DNA of 64,000 bases from an uncultured Acidobacteriota bacterium (GTDB lineage Bacteria; Actinomycetota; Acidimicrobiia; Spongiisociales; ZC4RG35): assembly GCA_963778755.1 (NCBI GenBank), contig CAVZVJ010000004.1:18836-82835 (forward strand), read 5' to 3'. Below the pieces are notes generated by a model that searched no databases, had not been told where the DNA came from, and was given only the letters and a program-made list of their open reading frames with translations. Of this stretch, positions 63,158 through 64,000 are shown piece after piece. A program made the position numbers and the translations under genes. Each line of letters begins with the position of its first letter. Position 1 is the first letter of the stretch.

Positions 63158-64000
63158 ATGTCCTTTCTCGATTCGCCACTCGGTGAGCGGCTCCAGTCAA
63201 GCCTGGACAGCGCCGACCCTGACCAGATCGATGCCGCTGCCCACGAAGTAGGGGCCAAGGTCTGGGCCGGGTCGCTGACCCCGGAAGAGGCGGGGGAGGT
63301 GATGGCGCTGCTTGAACGGCAACGGCAGTTCGGCCATGTAATCGATATTGGAGAGGCGGCGATGGCGGTGGGTGCGGTTGGGGCCGGTGCCCGCCGTCGT
63401 TACTGCCAGGCCCTGATCGAAACCGGGGCGCTGCACGCTGCCGAACTGGCCCTGGAGGAGAACCTGGAGTCGGTAGACGACCCGGAGGCCCGCGGTGAAA
63501 TCCTCGGCCTGATGGGCAGGGCGCGCAAACAGCGTTTCGTCACCGGGGGAAGGCCCGAGGACCTTTTGGCTGCGATCGATGCCTACCGGCGGGGATATGA
63601 GGGCAACACCGATCGGGCCTGGCACGGGGTAAACCTCCTGGCCCTCACCTGCCGGGCAGCCCGGGACGGAGTCGAGGTCCCCGACGCCGTGGACACCAAG
63701 AAGCTGGCGGATGAGATCCTTGCGTTGTCGCGGGCCAAAGACCCCGACTTGCGCTCGGTTTGGGAGCGGAGCACCGAGATCGAGGCACTGGTGGCGATGG
63801 GGGACGAGGCGCACGCTGCTGAGGCGGTAGCGGCTGCCGAGCAGTTGTCGACCAGCCTTCGGGTCAGCCCGTTCGAGATGCGAAGCCTGCGTCGGCAACT
63901 GGTGGATATCTGGCAACTCGAATCCCATCATCCGGTGCTGGTGGCTATGGCCGACCGCCAACTCCAGCTGGGCGCCGGTTCCCAGGTCGACCTGCCCAGC
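63158..64000 (+). CDS. DUF4071 / ASK1-type TPR (MAP3K TRAF-binding-like) domain protein, 3'-truncated by the window edge
   Basis: Not in the ORF track because no stop lies within the window. My translation from ATG 63158 is open to base 64000. ILGLMGRARKQRFV...LLAAIDAYRRGYEGNTDRAWHGVNLLALT parallels the GRIYKD...Y.kgf...y.GINl motif of this family. It starts 5 nt after the hydrolase stop. Confidence 0.6.
   Translation, partial: MSFLDSPLGERLQSSLDSADPDQIDAAAHEVGAKVWAGSLTPEEAGEVMALLERQRQFGHVIDIGEAAMAVGAVGAGARRRYCQALIETGALHAAELALEENLESVDDPEARGEILGLMGRARKQRFVTGGRPEDLLAAIDAYRRGYEGNTDRAWHGVNLLALTCRAARDGVEVPDAVDTKKLADEILALSRAKDPDLRSVWERSTEIEALVAMGDEAHAAEAVAAAEQLSTSLRVSPFEMRSLRRQLVDIWQLESHHPVLVAMADRQLQLGAGSQVDLPS

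Overview
High-GC, densely coding chromosomal segment of Actinomycetota type (SARP/BTAD regulator, F420-type LLM oxidoreductase, and DUF2630, DUF4242 and DUF2255 family genes). I saw no rRNA, tRNA, CRISPR array, transposase or integrase. Housekeeping or metabolic content includes a 1190-aa pyruvate:ferredoxin oxidoreductase with a DHODH-like partner, two aldo/keto reductases, an aminotransferase, LigD, an ABC exporter, an ECF sigma/anti-sigma pair, PadR, ArsR and LuxR regulators, and several alpha/beta hydrolases. Five accessory or conflict-like loci stand out. (1) A same-strand five-gene cluster at 57.5-64.0 kb encodes a polytopic membrane protein, a TIR protein with Toll-like-receptor topology, a lipoprotein, a lipase-like hydrolase and a DUF4071/ASK1-type TPR protein that runs off the right edge; this is my top candidate for an undescribed system. 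(2) A roughly 1700-codon SARP-BTAD / Ser-Thr kinase / STAND NTPase / TM / beta-propeller gene lies at 9.4-14.6 kb, next to a signal-less V8-like protease. (3) A solitary contractile-tail sheath gene has no tube or baseplate genes nearby. (4) A lower-GC islet carries an XRE-HTH plus nucleotidyltransferase-fold pair, a PIN relic and a zinc-ribbon ORF, and a separate intact Phd/VapC module is present. (5) An SDR-adenylate cyclase fusion and a HEAT-lipase pair are also present. One quality caveat applies: nine reading-frame breaks in six long genes all go in the +1 direction, which looks more like systematic base over-calling than natural decay. Those genes are therefore reported as frameshifted and should not be assumed dead. 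All family calls rest on motif recognition by eye; no searches were run.
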